Positions 14,201-25,287 of a stretch of 64,000 nt of DNA are shown piece after piece. The translations under genes were made by a program, and so were the position numbers. This DNA comes from Styela clava. Its lineage: Eukaryota. The stretch is taken from NCBI RefSeq assembly GCF_964204865.1, contig NC_135263.1:10230001-10294000 (forward strand), written 5' to 3'. The notes below the pieces were generated by a model. The model saw only the letters and a program-made list of their open reading frames with translations. It was not told the DNA's origin and searched no databases. The first letter of the stretch is position 1; the number at the start of each line of letters is the position of its first letter.

Positions 14201-15078
14201 TTTATATTAAAACCAAATTAGAATTGTTAGACACTCTATATATGCAAAGGGCAGGGTCACACAAAATAAGTTAATCAAGTGAAAAAAAACTCTGTGAGCT
14301 GAAAATATTATGCCCCATTCATTATTTAGGCATGTTCTCGATAGCACATGCTTCAGCTATAGATAGATATAATAATCAAATAAAACTCTAAATGTTGGCA
14401 GTGTCTATAAATGTCTTATCAATAAATTACACTCGAACATGATACTCAAAAATCCGTTTGATTCCGATTTCCTTACCAGGAAACTGTTTAGAATTGACAA
14501 TATCGAATCAAAACAATTTTGACTGATAAAATAATTCATTGAGATGCCCACTCATTTTAAAATTAAACTCACATTAGTATTTGATGATGAAGGGCTTCAA
14601 TGTCCTGCCTTTTATAAATATGAATTGAATATTGATAATACAACAGAGCAAATGAAAAACTCAACCAAATTTTATGCATTTAAAAGGTTACCGGTAGTGA
14701 TACATTGACAAATATTATAAGTTAAATTAGACCAAAGGATGCTTTCACACATCATTTAATCTATGGCAATCAATATCAAAACTGCACTCGAAAATTAAAT
14801 TTTTTCTAAACATAAGATTTTAAGCTAACATTTTTCACAGAATTATTTTCAATTCCTAGCATCTAAATGGATACTGATTGAAAAATCATAAGAGCACAGT
14901 AGTCCACATTCTGAAATAACAAAAAATATTTCGAAAATAAATTAGTATTTAGTTACTTGGGGTACACTACCAGCTGCAGACAGACTCTCACACATATTCC
15001 CATAGTATTTCGGATCAAATCAGTCGACCATAAAAAATACATTTGTTTCATTCCAATGCAGATAGTGCATTGAATCAT

Positions 15079-18000
15079 TCATTTGCTATCTTTTGTTTCA
15101 TTCTCATCATCTATGATTTCAATAGCTGTGATAGTTGTGGAGGTTTGATGACCATTCAAGGGAGTTGGTGACGAAGTTCGGCTTGTTGATGCCATATGTT
15201 GTAACAATGCATCTTTTGTTGGAATACGTACAGCGGAACTTTGCCCTGCTGGACGTTCGGTTAGCATGCCACTGCCTATTTGTTTAAAATACTGCATTTG
15301 AAGTTGTTTAAATTGTCTTTGTAAATTTTGAAAAGTAGAAAATTTTTCATTACGTTGAAGCTCTAAACGATAGTTAACTTCAACTGCAATTGCTTTAATA
15401 GTCTCTTCATTAGAATTACTATAAAGGGGAGTCTCTTTAAGATGTTTCATTATGCTTGGGACAGACTTAACTTCACATACTTGGTATTGGTAAAAAGCAT
15501 TGGCAACCATTTTACTCAACCTAGATAGTAAAACGACAGATGATTCACTGTCCATTGGTTTTAGTGAAAAAGAGGATGGCCTTTGAGTATTGGATAAATT
15601 ACTTTGCTGCCTCCAATCTTGAAGTGAGATAGTAGGAGCGTGACCTTTCTTTATCATCTCATACTCTTCCCATGCAGCTTTTCTTTCCTCTTCTGTCAAC
15701 TCCTCATCCACTTGATGATCAAGGAGGGAGTCGTGTTCATGATAAGACGCGACCATGTATTTTGTTCGTGGATCAGAGAGTATATCAGCGAGTACTTCAT
15801 CTTTTGGAACAATTGGCGTCGGTTCATCTTTCCCAATATCGGGAGTTGTAGGATTAAAAGTATACATTTCGGCAAGAGAATTAGCAGTAAAATGTCTGTT
15901 AATCTGCTGCTCATCAACAACTCGAAAAGCAAGAGATTGCTTGTTCACCTGTCTTTGGTAGATTTTTTCTTCCATTGTGCCTTCAGCGATAAGTCTATAG
16001 ATATAGCATTTCCTTGTCTGTCCAAACCTATAAACTCTGAACATGGATTGAGTATCATGAGAAGGATTCCATGAGGCATCAAATATGATAACCCTGTTTG
16101 CACCAACAAGGTTCACTCCAAGACTACCTGCACGTGTGGAAATCAAAAATAATCTAGCCCGTGTGTCACTTTCATTGTTGAATGCATTTATCCACTTTTG
16201 CCGATGGTGGCTTTGTGTTGCGCCATCCATACGAAAGTAATCAAGATTTTTAAACCATGTTCTTTTTGGTAGTTTGTTCAAATTTCCGATATCTGGTTCT
16301 TCCCCTGATTCTGTTCCAATCAGGTTTGCCTTAGGGATTTCCTCAGAATTCAATGTATTTTCAGCAGCTGCATCTGACATCTCGTTTTCAGATTCATCAG
16401 AAGACACAGTTGCTTTCAACATTTCTTCAATCAAATCAAGAGATATCAAACTTTGACTGAAAATAAGAACCTTTTCTTTACGTTCCTCTGATAGTCTTAA
16501 TATTTCAAACAGAATTGCAATTTTCGAACTGTTTTGATAATTTTCCAAGGTATTTTGATCCTCGGGGAGAATCTTAGCATACCATTCAGGCTCCTTCTTT
16601 TCAGACGTTGACTCCAATTCGAGAAACTCAATTTCAGCATCACTTTCAACACAACGCAAACGGTATCGTTGTTTTCTACTTGTGGTAGATCTTGTACGTC
16701 TATCAGGAATTTTTTCTGCGTCACTCTCACTGTCGCTTTCACTTTCTTCATCATCAGAACTGTTGCCAGATTCTGCGTCTTCATCTTTTTCTGTAGAAGC
16801 TTCATCGCTGTCCCATTCATCATTATCTTTTATAACTGCCTTTCTTCTTTTTGACCGTGTTCTTCTCGTTGATATGACCTCTTCTGAACCAGAACTATCA
16901 CCTGAATTATCTTTATCAACGTCATTTAAATTATTAACATTGTTTATTTTATCTTTTTTTGTGTCACTGTCAATATTTTTTTCGCTATTTACAGTCTTGT
17001 TGATTGAATCGTTTTCATTATTTTCATTGGCATTTTTGTCATCTTCGTCAGATGAATTCGACCAATCATCTGTTTCGCTTGCTTCCAGTTCTTCTGCAAT
17101 AAAATCCCATTCAGCTTGGCGGGCCAACATCTTGTCTCTCTGAACTGTGTGTAATAACAAAGATTTTGGATGTGTCCATACTCGCATTAAATTTTGATAA
17201 TCAGCAAACAGTGAGGCTCCTTTACCATAAGAATTAACTATTGTTGTGTTTGATCCTCTATTAGTCATTGTGTCTAAATAATGTTGATAGAGTTTTATCT
17301 GTAAAGGCGTGAGGCGAACTTTAAGTACATATTCAAATTTAGAAGACAAATATGGCTTCAGACATGAATAATCTTTGCGTTGAACAAAACCTTGGAGCAT
17401 TTGATGTAAGACATGCGATCGCTTTTTCATAATTTTAACATCACGATCAGTTGAATCAATATGCTGACCATTTATAATTGGGTTAACGAAACGATTCCTA
17501 AATTCTTTCAGGGAGCCGAGAAGATCGGGTTTAACAAAATCAACCATGCAATGATATTCTATAAGATTGTTTTGCAATGGAGTACCAGTAAGGACCAGCC
17601 TTCTTTTCGTTCTCATTTTACTTATTTGCTTTGAGATATGTGAGGTTGCATTTTTGAGCATGTGACCCTCATCACAAACTACAACATCAGGACCAGGATC
17701 GACCAAGCACTCATGCACAGTCTTTTTCCACCCTGAATACCTGATTTTTGTAGTCATAATTCGATACATGTCGTAACCTAAAATCAAAACACCACCGTTT
17801 TTTCGCCATAACCGTAACATAGAAACTCTTTCTTTATTTGTCTTTGGTTCAGCAAAATTAAAAAGATTTAATTCATCACCATCTTCACACCATTGCACAA
17901 ATTCTGCAATCCAATTCCGCACAGTGTTGAGAGGAGCGACTACCATAGCACACTCAAATGGAACATACTTAGTTTTTAAAAGTGTATGTATTACTGAGAT

Positions 18001-18903
18001 AGTTTGCAGTGTTTTTCCAAGCCCCATGCAATGGGCGAGAATGCACCCACTACCAGAGCCATTTTTCACTCTTTCCGTGCTTTCAACAAGATTGTTCCAT
18101 ATAAACTTTACGCCTTCTACTTGATGTGGGCGTAAATGTTGGGCAATATACTCACTAACTGCAACATGTGGATGTTTTTGCAACATTACTGTAGAAGTAA
18201 GTATCTTTTTCTCAGGCGTTTGTTCAATTTCATCTGGTTCCTCTTCACTTTCAGCCTTTTCAAGTTCTTCGAGTCTTTTTAATCTTTCACGTTCCTCTTT
18301 TGCAGCGTTCCTTGTTTGTTTCTGAAGATCTTTATCCAACAAAATTTTTTTGATTTTCCTTCTTCCTAAATTTCTCTCTTTTTTGGTTTTCTTCTTTTTG
18401 TCACGACATTTTCTTACTTTTGCTTCCACAACCGGTTCTTCATCTGAGTTTGTATCATCTGTATTGGAGTCAGTTTCTATCAAATCATCTTTGATTTTCT
18501 TACTCTTTTTTGAAATGGACGAAGCACTACGCTTACGACTACCATTGTGTGTTTTCTTGTCATCTTTTGAATCAAGTTTTGAGTCGGATTCCTCATCTAT
18601 GTCAGATTCACTCCCACTACTACTAGAAATAATATTAGGATTTGTTATGTTCATTTCGGGTTTCACATTATTTTTGAAAATTTCCCTTTTTCTTCTTTGT
18701 GTTTTTTTCAGAGAAGACAGTGGACTACGATTCTTGGGCGTATCTCCTTTGATTGGAGTTAGAACATCTGGCTCGTTGCTATCTGTGAAAAAAGATGAAT
18801 CATCTTCTGATTCAACATCACTCTCTGGTTCAGCATAATTTATTCGTCCACCTTTTCTATTTTTTGAAGCAGCACGAGAACTACGATATTCGTAGTCACT
18901 CAT
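15079..18903 (-). CDS. ATRX: ATRX-like SNF2 chromatin remodeller lacking the ADD domain, 1274 aa, single-exon CDS
   Basis: ATRX-subfamily motifs GRRKIKKILLDKDLQKQTRNAAKEERERLKRL, GCILAHCMGLGKT, VVCDEGH, RLFLISTRAGSLGVNL, SWNPSHDTQSMFRVYRFGQ and HEHDSLLDHQVDEELTEEERKAAWEEY. An in-frame TGA lies 4 codons upstream of the ATG. Confidence 0.93.
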   Translation of the reverse strand: MSDYEYRSSRAASKNRKGGRINYAEPESDVESEDDSSFFTDSNEPDVLTPIKGDTPKNRSPLSSLKKTQRRKREIFKNNVKPEMNITNPNIISSSSGSESDIDEESDSKLDSKDDKKTHNGSRKRSASSISKKSKKIKDDLIETDSNTDDTNSDEEPVVEAKVRKCRDKKKKTKKERNLGRRKIKKILLDKDLQKQTRNAAKEERERLKRLEELEKAESEEEPDEIEQTPEKKILTSTVMLQKHPHVAVSEYIAQHLRPHQVEGVKFIWNNLVESTERVKNGSGSGCILAHCMGLGKTLQTISVIHTLLKTKYVPFECAMVVAPLNTVRNWIAEFVQWCEDGDELNLFNFAEPKTNKERVSMLRLWRKNGGVLILGYDMYRIMTTKIRYSGWKKTVHECLVDPGPDVVVCDEGHMLKNATSHISKQISKMRTKRRLVLTGTPLQNNLIEYHCMVDFVKPDLLGSLKEFRNRFVNPIINGQHIDSTDRDVKIMKKRSHVLHQMLQGFVQRKDYSCLKPYLSSKFEYVLKVRLTPLQIKLYQHYLDTMTNRGSNTTIVNSYGKGASLFADYQNLMRVWTHPKSLLLHTVQRDKMLARQAEWDFIAEELEASETDDWSNSSDEDDKNANENNENDSINKTVNSEKNIDSDTKKDKINNVNNLNDVDKDNSGDSSGSEEVISTRRTRSKRRKAVIKDNDEWDSDEASTEKDEDAESGNSSDDEESESDSESDAEKIPDRRTRSTTSRKQRYRLRCVESDAEIEFLELESTSEKKEPEWYAKILPEDQNTLENYQNSSKIAILFEILRLSEERKEKVLIFSQSLISLDLIEEMLKATVSSDESENEMSDAAAENTLNSEEIPKANLIGTESGEEPDIGNLNKLPKRTWFKNLDYFRMDGATQSHHRQKWINAFNNESDTRARLFLISTRAGSLGVNLVGANRVIIFDASWNPSHDTQSMFRVYRFGQTRKCYIYRLIAEGTMEEKIYQRQVNKQSLAFRVVDEQQINRHFTANSLAEMYTFNPTTPDIGKDEPTPIVPKDEVLADILSDPRTKYMVASYHEHDSLLDHQVDEELTEEERKAAWEEYEMIKKGHAPTISLQDWRQQSNLSNTQRPSSFSLKPMDSESSVVLLSRLSKMVANAFYQYQVCEVKSVPSIMKHLKETPLYSNSNEETIKAIAVEVNYRLELQRNEKFSTFQNLQRQFKQLQMQYFKQIGSGMLTERPAGQSSAVRIPTKDALLQHMASTSRTSSPTPLNGHQTSTTITAIEIIDDENETKDSK

Positions 18904-19639
18904 GTTGTTGAATCAAGTTGATAGGAAACATTAATTAATCTAACAGACTGCTTTAATACAAATTTTCATTTATATAATTGTATAAAGATCATCCATATTG
19001 AAAGGTAATAGATATTGTAGTATAGTATACCAAAACAGCACCAAATTTGGAGTAAATGACAAGTTCTTCTCCCCCTTTTTATAATACTTTTACAAGAATA
19101 GGAAGGTATGTAAAAGCAGTGATTCAATACAAAGTTCTACATTACATATTATAATTTGGGTCATGTTCAACAGGAACAAATTGAATTCAATTAAACGAGT
19201 GTAACAAGAATTAGAAAATATGTCATTTTGGGCATTTATTATCCAATGATCAGATAAAAATATTTTACTTCATTCAACCTCTGGCATTGTAAATAATAGC
19301 AAATCAAAAAGAAAATGTTAATTCCCACTATCCTATCCGAGTGCACAAACATCAGAACATTGAAACAGAGACAAGATATATATATACCTAATTACTAAAT
19401 TCAATTGTCATGCATGATTCTAATGATTTATGGGCTTGTGTAGTTTCATACCTACTGTTCTTATGGTAGGCGTAGCATAACAACTTTTTTGATTTTTCAA
19501 TCCTAACCCTCATCTGACTTCACCATCCAAAAATTATGTCACTACGACATCACAATCACAGAGCTTGCCAAATACGTACGATCGCCCGAAATGGCATTGG
19601 CGATGAAGATAAAAAACTGACTAACTTCATCAATCTCTC

Positions 19640-19935
19640 TTCTTTTGGGATCGTGGGTTCGCTCTGCCGTGGTTCGCTGGTTCGAATCCCATGCAGGGAT
19701 GGTTATGTCCGAGAGGATTGCTGGACTCCTCGCCGTCGTTGGGTGGTTCACGTAACCGCTGGTCGGTTACAGCTTCCTCCACCACCAAGTCCATGCTTCC
19801 GAAAACAAACAATACAGTAAAACTAATCCCATACCCGACTTGGAATGGTAACCGGACGAGAGGCCGAGGTTCGCCATATGGATAAGCCGTGTTATCTGCT
19901 TTCCTCTCCCCAGGATAAATATGTAAATCCTATCC
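19640..19935 (+). mobile_element. tRNA-derived SINE
   Basis: B-box GGTTCGAATCC at 19679. The body is homologous to inverted copies at 45449-45773 and 55680-55925 and to a fragment at ~54440-54535. The 3' end is atgtaaatcctatcc. Confidence 0.75.
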
Positions 19936-20568
19936 ATGTGGTGATTAGGATTGACATGTGGAAAAATTGTTATGCTACGCCCACTAGAAGTATGTTAGGT
20001 ACGTAACTAAATGAGACCGGATTTATGTAATATATGAGCCAAATCAGAATATATTTGATACCCAAAAATTGTATTTCATGATGTACCCAGAATACAGGAA
20101 TAGGGGTATAGCAAGTAAACGCTATTACTCTGTAACAATTTAAATAACTCTGTAACATTGACAAATTGATGACTCAGGAAACTAATGATATGGAAGTCTT
20201 TAATAACTGAATAAAAACCCTTGTATAAAAAAATGTTGAATAACAGCAAAAAACTTAAAACTCAAGAGTATCCTGATCTAAACCATTTTTTTTATTTTAC
20301 CAAAAATCTTGGTTTTTTTTTTGGTACCGTAAGGTGTACAGTTTGACTACTGGACTGTGGTCAGGTGATAGCCTACCGTAACCTGGTACGGTACCGGTAT
20401 GGTAACGCCTGAACGTGGAAAGATAAGAAAATCTATTCTCACGTCTGCACGTTCTCTGTTATTCAACGTTTTTTGAATGATTGATAAATTTTCAAAAAAT
20501 CCTACAGAATCAATAAAACTAGCATAGGCCTACTTATACCAGTTCACCCACTCGACTATCGAGTGGAA

Positions 20569-20956
20569 GTGGTGACTCCTCTTCGGCCCATGGGCCGGGG
20601 CCACGGCCCATCAAATTGGGCCTAGGCCCATCAGGCTATGGGCCGCGGCCCATCAAGTTGTGTAAAGGAACTATTCACTTGGCTAACACAGACAGTCCCC
20701 AAACTCCTGAACTCATAATAGAACTATAATGTAAAAAATCTGAACAAAATTTTGCCCTAACCCTAACCTGGTACACATACTACAGGAGTTTATTTTTTGG
20801 TTCGAATATTGACAATTTTGTAAAAATTGAAAATTTTGGTAAAATAATTGAATTTTTCCTGACGGGGCCGCGGCCCATAGCTTGATGGGCCACGGCCCGT
20901 GTGGCCCAATTAGATGGGCCGTGGCCCCGGCCTATGGGTCGTAGTGGAGTCACCAC
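20569..20956. mobile_element. MITE with long GC-rich TIRs and an internal CCCTAA motif
   Basis: Arms gtggtgactcctcttcggcccatgggccggggccacggcccatc / gatgggccgtggccccggcctatgggtcgtagtggagtcaccac. The internal ccctaaccctaacctggtacacatacta is shared with the 24425 family. Confidence 0.75.
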
Positions 20957-20999
20957 CCCTGTAGCGACTATCTTTGTTCAATTTTTTACTGTCACACTG

Positions 21000-21330
21000 C
21001 GAGGATCGCTGTACCGGTACCGGTAATGTACATGCCATACGGTACCGTAGCTATTGTAGACGTACCGGTACGGTACATTTTCAAATGAAAATCGTCCAGG
21101 CTCAAGCAATACAGCAATAAGGGATAGTTGACGAAAAAATAAGGAAGCAGGCTATACAGTAAATAAATCCTCCCTTATCGCTTTTTGAAAACACCAAATT
21201 CAAATAACGCAGAACCACGGAAAACAAAAACGCCAGGGTCGAGCTTGTTCCGCGTCATCCGAGTGTCCCATTGGCTGATGACAGAGAACTAACTGGAATG
21301 GTGAATCGGTATAATTTACGCTGAGTCATA
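21000..21330 (-). promoter_or_regulatory. Probable promoter/5' region of the ATRX(-VCP) transcription unit
   Basis: CpG-richer segment with ATTGG (CCAAT box), CRE/AP-1-like sites (cgtca, tgagtca) and a cluster of GTACCGGTAC-type palindromes like those upstream of GON4L. The TSS cannot be determined. Confidence 0.35.
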
Positions 21331-21924
21331 TATGGCACAAAGACTGGCAGACGTGTACAAATATAAAACACAGCTTTTGCGAATTCAAAAAATAAGACAT
21401 TGAAATTACATACAAACTAAGCGATATCGACACCAAGATATATTTAATCAAATATTCGATGAAGGTATGGTGAATGGTGCGGCGTTTACATGACCAAACG
21501 AAAACCCTTACATACAAGTGTTGCGTCATTTCCGTGTAATAATTTACGTCATGCTTGGCTGATTACGAAAATCATACAACTAAAAATAAAAAAAAACTCC
21601 ACATAGGTGCTAATTAATTTTTCCAACATTAAAAATTATATATAAACAATGTAAGGATCAAATCCGATTATCTCCAAGAGTCCGATACCATCAGCACGCA
21701 GTAAGAGGGAAATTGCGCAACAAAAATTATTTTTTGAAAAAAGGAGTGATATTCAAAGTCTGAAAAATTTCAAAGTTTCAGCTGAGCTGAATTAAAATAA
21801 GACTTATAAACAGTGGCTGTTTTACACAAAATACAACGACTGTGAAATACATTATGACTTAAAAAGAGGAGAATATTAGAAGAATGTGAAAAGCAGATAC
21901 CAATAATGGCGAATACTAAGTATT

Positions 21925-22812
21925 CAAATTGTATAAAAATCTAAAAACAAAATACATATTACTCAAAGATAACCTGTATTTTTACCATATCATGCAAGCT
22001 TTCAATGAGTTTTGATTTTGTTTTCCATAGATTGACTAACAGTTTTTGAATCGTATACAATCAAAACATTTTTGTTTATTTACCACCTCGTTGATTTATT
22101 TCATTTTTTGTGTATTGAAATTGTATATAAATCTAAAAATCAAAATACATATTAATTAAAGATAACCTGTATTTTTACCATACTATCAGTAGCGAAGCAT
22201 CCACCCCCGCATCCCCCGTGGTCGCGGGAGGGCCCACAGCGCAAACGGGCCCAAGCGGTTAGAATTTATAAATTTAAGCCGCAAAACCAAAAGCTGCATT
22301 GCAAAACCAGTAAAACACATCTTATAACGTTGATGTTAGCTCTGCTCAAATCGTTTTTTACGTAACTAGGCCAGGGAGTCGTTGATTTTCGGCGTCTTGT
22401 AGTTTGATCGCACCGGCAAAATTACAAAGGCTGTCAGAATGATGTCGAAAGCAAAACCTCTCAGTGGCACACAGAAACGCAGAAAAAGGGCAGAAGAGGA
22501 AGCACGTATGAAAAATTAAAGTAACCAAGATAAACGGCAAATTTTGGGTTACCATTGCCTTTTAATAGAGACATGTTGTTCTTTTTGACGAAATAAAAAA
22601 AAGCGTTGTTTTAGCTTATGTCCGAGAGATTTTAGAGTCATTTCCACGAAATATTTTTGCGGGGGGCCCACGAGAATCTTGCTACGCCACTGCATACAAT
22701 GCAAGCTTTCAATGAATTTTAATTTTGTCTTCCATAGATTGACTAACAGTTTTGAATCGTATACAAACTCTTTTGTTCATTAACCACCTCGTAGATTTAT
22801 TTCATTTTTTGT
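21925..22812 (+). repeat. ~195-bp tandem duplication whose second unit carries a MITE insertion
   Basis: aaattgtata..ctaaaaa..caaaatacatatt..aagataacctgtatttttaccata..gcaagctttcaatga occurs twice. The second copy is split by the 22187-22692 element. Confidence 0.8.
22187..22692. mobile_element. hAT-type MITE
   Basis: TIRs CAGTAGCGAAGCA / TGCTACGCCACTG and an 8-bp TSD catactat/catacaat (7/8). The empty site is visible in the adjacent duplicate. Confidence 0.8.
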
Positions 22813-23587
22813 GATAAGTATTGTCGTGTTCTGTCGAAAAAAAAAACGATTGATAAAGATACTGTCCTACTAGGCCCGTAAAATTCTTAAAATTCAAATT
22901 TTGCGTTGAGCTCTAATGTTTTTAAGGTTGTATTATGCACGTGCTTGATCATATTTCAGTTTATCGTCGTCCAGTGCTTCAATGTCGATGTTAACAAAAT
23001 TACTTTGTATGTTACCAAAATTACTTTTAATTAGCGTCAATAACGTAGAGTTTTCACCGCAGTTGTAATATATATATTAGAGATTTAACGATAAAATTGA
23101 GTTTATCATCAAATGTCACGAGAATGAAGTTGAACTAGAAATTCAGTCGAGTTTAGTTTGTTAATAAGTTATGTTGCCTGCAATTTTGTAAGTGTCTCTA
23201 ATAAATAATAAAACATCTCCATGGACAATTTTTACATATCAGAATTTAATTATAAATTATCCGTTTAGTTATAGGAGGAGCAAAAACTGACTAAATCCAA
23301 TGTCATATTTCCTCCTAACCTGAGTATTAAATCATTTGAAATAAATTTTGAGAAAGATAGCAATTGAGACATTTAATAATATTAGCTAATAGATACTGTG
23401 AGATGTGCGTTATTGTGATGTAAATATAGGATTTTAAAAGTACAGCTTTGCTTGTACCAATTGTCAATTTTTATCGTCTTTGATTGTGTGAAATTTTTTT
23501 TGTTGTTGTTTAAATTAAACTTCTTACCAAAAGCTGATATCTCCAGACATAATGATGATTATGTTTTTGTCAGTGTATTTACTTACA

Positions 23588-23880
23588 TCGTATTTTCCCA
23601 AAATAAGACCTAGCCCGAATTTTAGAAAGGATTTTAATATGAGCCCTTCCCTCAAAATAAGACCCAGTCGGTAGCGAGAATTTTTTTTGCATGACATTCT
23701 TGGGAATGATGATATGGTTATTTTTGAATAATCTATGTTTTGGTATTTTTTTTCTAAATAAAAACGTGTTGATTATGAGTGAATGGATATTGGTTTACAC
23801 ATTTTGTATATTTGAAAAGCTCGTAATCAAATAAGCGTTGGTTATTTTTCGAGCGATAATTCAAATTAGACCCTGTCTTA
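23588..23880. mobile_element. Partial pogo-type MITE related to 61372-61741
   Basis: cgtattttccccaaaataagacctag...ccctcaaaataagacccagtc matches the left arm of the 61372 element. Confidence 0.55.
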
Positions 23881-24424
23881 CCGTCGGAGAAACTCGGTAT
23901 ACACGCAGTGTATGTTATGTATGTGTATGTGTATGTTACCTGACAACAAGTAGTTGATATACAAAGCTTGGTTGACACCACTTTCCTGGCAGTTATTACC
24001 TTATTAAGGTAATTTTGTATGTATTCGTTTTGTTTTTTATTCCACTGTAAACTTTTTTTCATGATGTAATGTTGGACTTTTTTTTATATATTAATTACTT
24101 TTGGACTTAGTCAAGGGTGTCGATTCAAGTCTCTCCTTTCTATTTGTCGCATAAATTGTATTTTCTTCATGGAGATAAAACAAATACTGAATAATGAATT
24201 CTAAAGATATATATACAGTATTTTAAAAAAAGGCGAATAAATTTGTTTTAGTTTCACGTCGTTTTTGAAATAGGGAAACCTGTTGTTTAGCCTAAGAGTT
24301 TAATACAGAAGAGAACATTTTCTTAAAATTTTAAATTTCATCTCTGCTTACAAATTGAATATGTGTTTCAAACAAACTTACATATACAAACTCAAATGTA
24401 CATAAAATATAAGATAAAGATAAA

Positions 24425-24539
24425 TCGGTGCTCCAGAAGTATGCGCACCAAGATATCGCACATCCTGAATCCTAACCGGTACACACATACTATGTTCAGG
24501 TTGTGCGCCATCCTGGTGCGCATACTTCTGGAGGTCCGA
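24425..24539. mobile_element. ~115-bp palindromic MITE
   Basis: Arms tcggtgctccagaagtatgcgcaccaagat / atcctggtgcgcatacttctggaggtccga. Related sequence lies at 329-1083 and ~30958-30990. Confidence 0.75.
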
Positions 24540-25287
24540 TAAATCTGTCTTCTGAGTGAACTAAATTAAAATTCTTCCCCAAATAGCGCTGCGAGTTTGG
24601 CGAAAGTTTCCTATGTGTAGAGGTATACGGGAATATTTTATTGCTATGAAACGCGAGTCTGTGTTGCAGATACGCCGTGCATCATATTTTACGAGAAAAA
24701 GACTTAAGCTGCTTATAAATGAATATATGTTGTATAGTATAATTATTTATTCAAAAATATTAATTCCATGGTTTAGCGCTTAGTGCAAATAAAATTTCAT
24801 GAATGAAATATAAACAAATACATCAATAAATATGTAACAGGCCCCCGTAGGAACAAAACATACAAGCTCTGCTTCTCTTTGTATCTTTAGACTATGGAAT
24901 ATATATTGAAAAAAATTCCTGAATTTATAAGTGAACGTATATCGGAATGAAACAAACCCTAATTTTGATGAAAATATCATAGAATTGAGCAACCTAAAGC
25001 AGGTGTGCAAACGATGTATAAAAGTGAGTGACATGATAACAAAAATCTAAACGTTTGATGTACTATACGTTATTGATCAGTTAGGAATAACAACTACACT
25101 TTTTAGCTGTTTTACAATTAGTTGTCCATCGGTGCCAAACAAACCTTCTGCTTTTATATCCACGGAGTTAAAGTTGGTTGTTTGATTTAGACGAATTTGA
25201 AAATTCAAAATTAATTCAGAAAATTATATATAAATGTGCAATGTTCCCTTACAAATTGGCAATAGACAGAATATTTTTTTCGAAATT

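Noticed and set aside
19660-19700. GGTTCGAATCC suggesting a tRNA gene
   Set aside because: No cloverleaf can be formed, and it is followed by a body repeated at three other loci, so it is a SINE head.
20755-20770. CCCTAACCCTAACC as an interstitial telomere
   Set aside because: It has only two units and sits inside a MITE.
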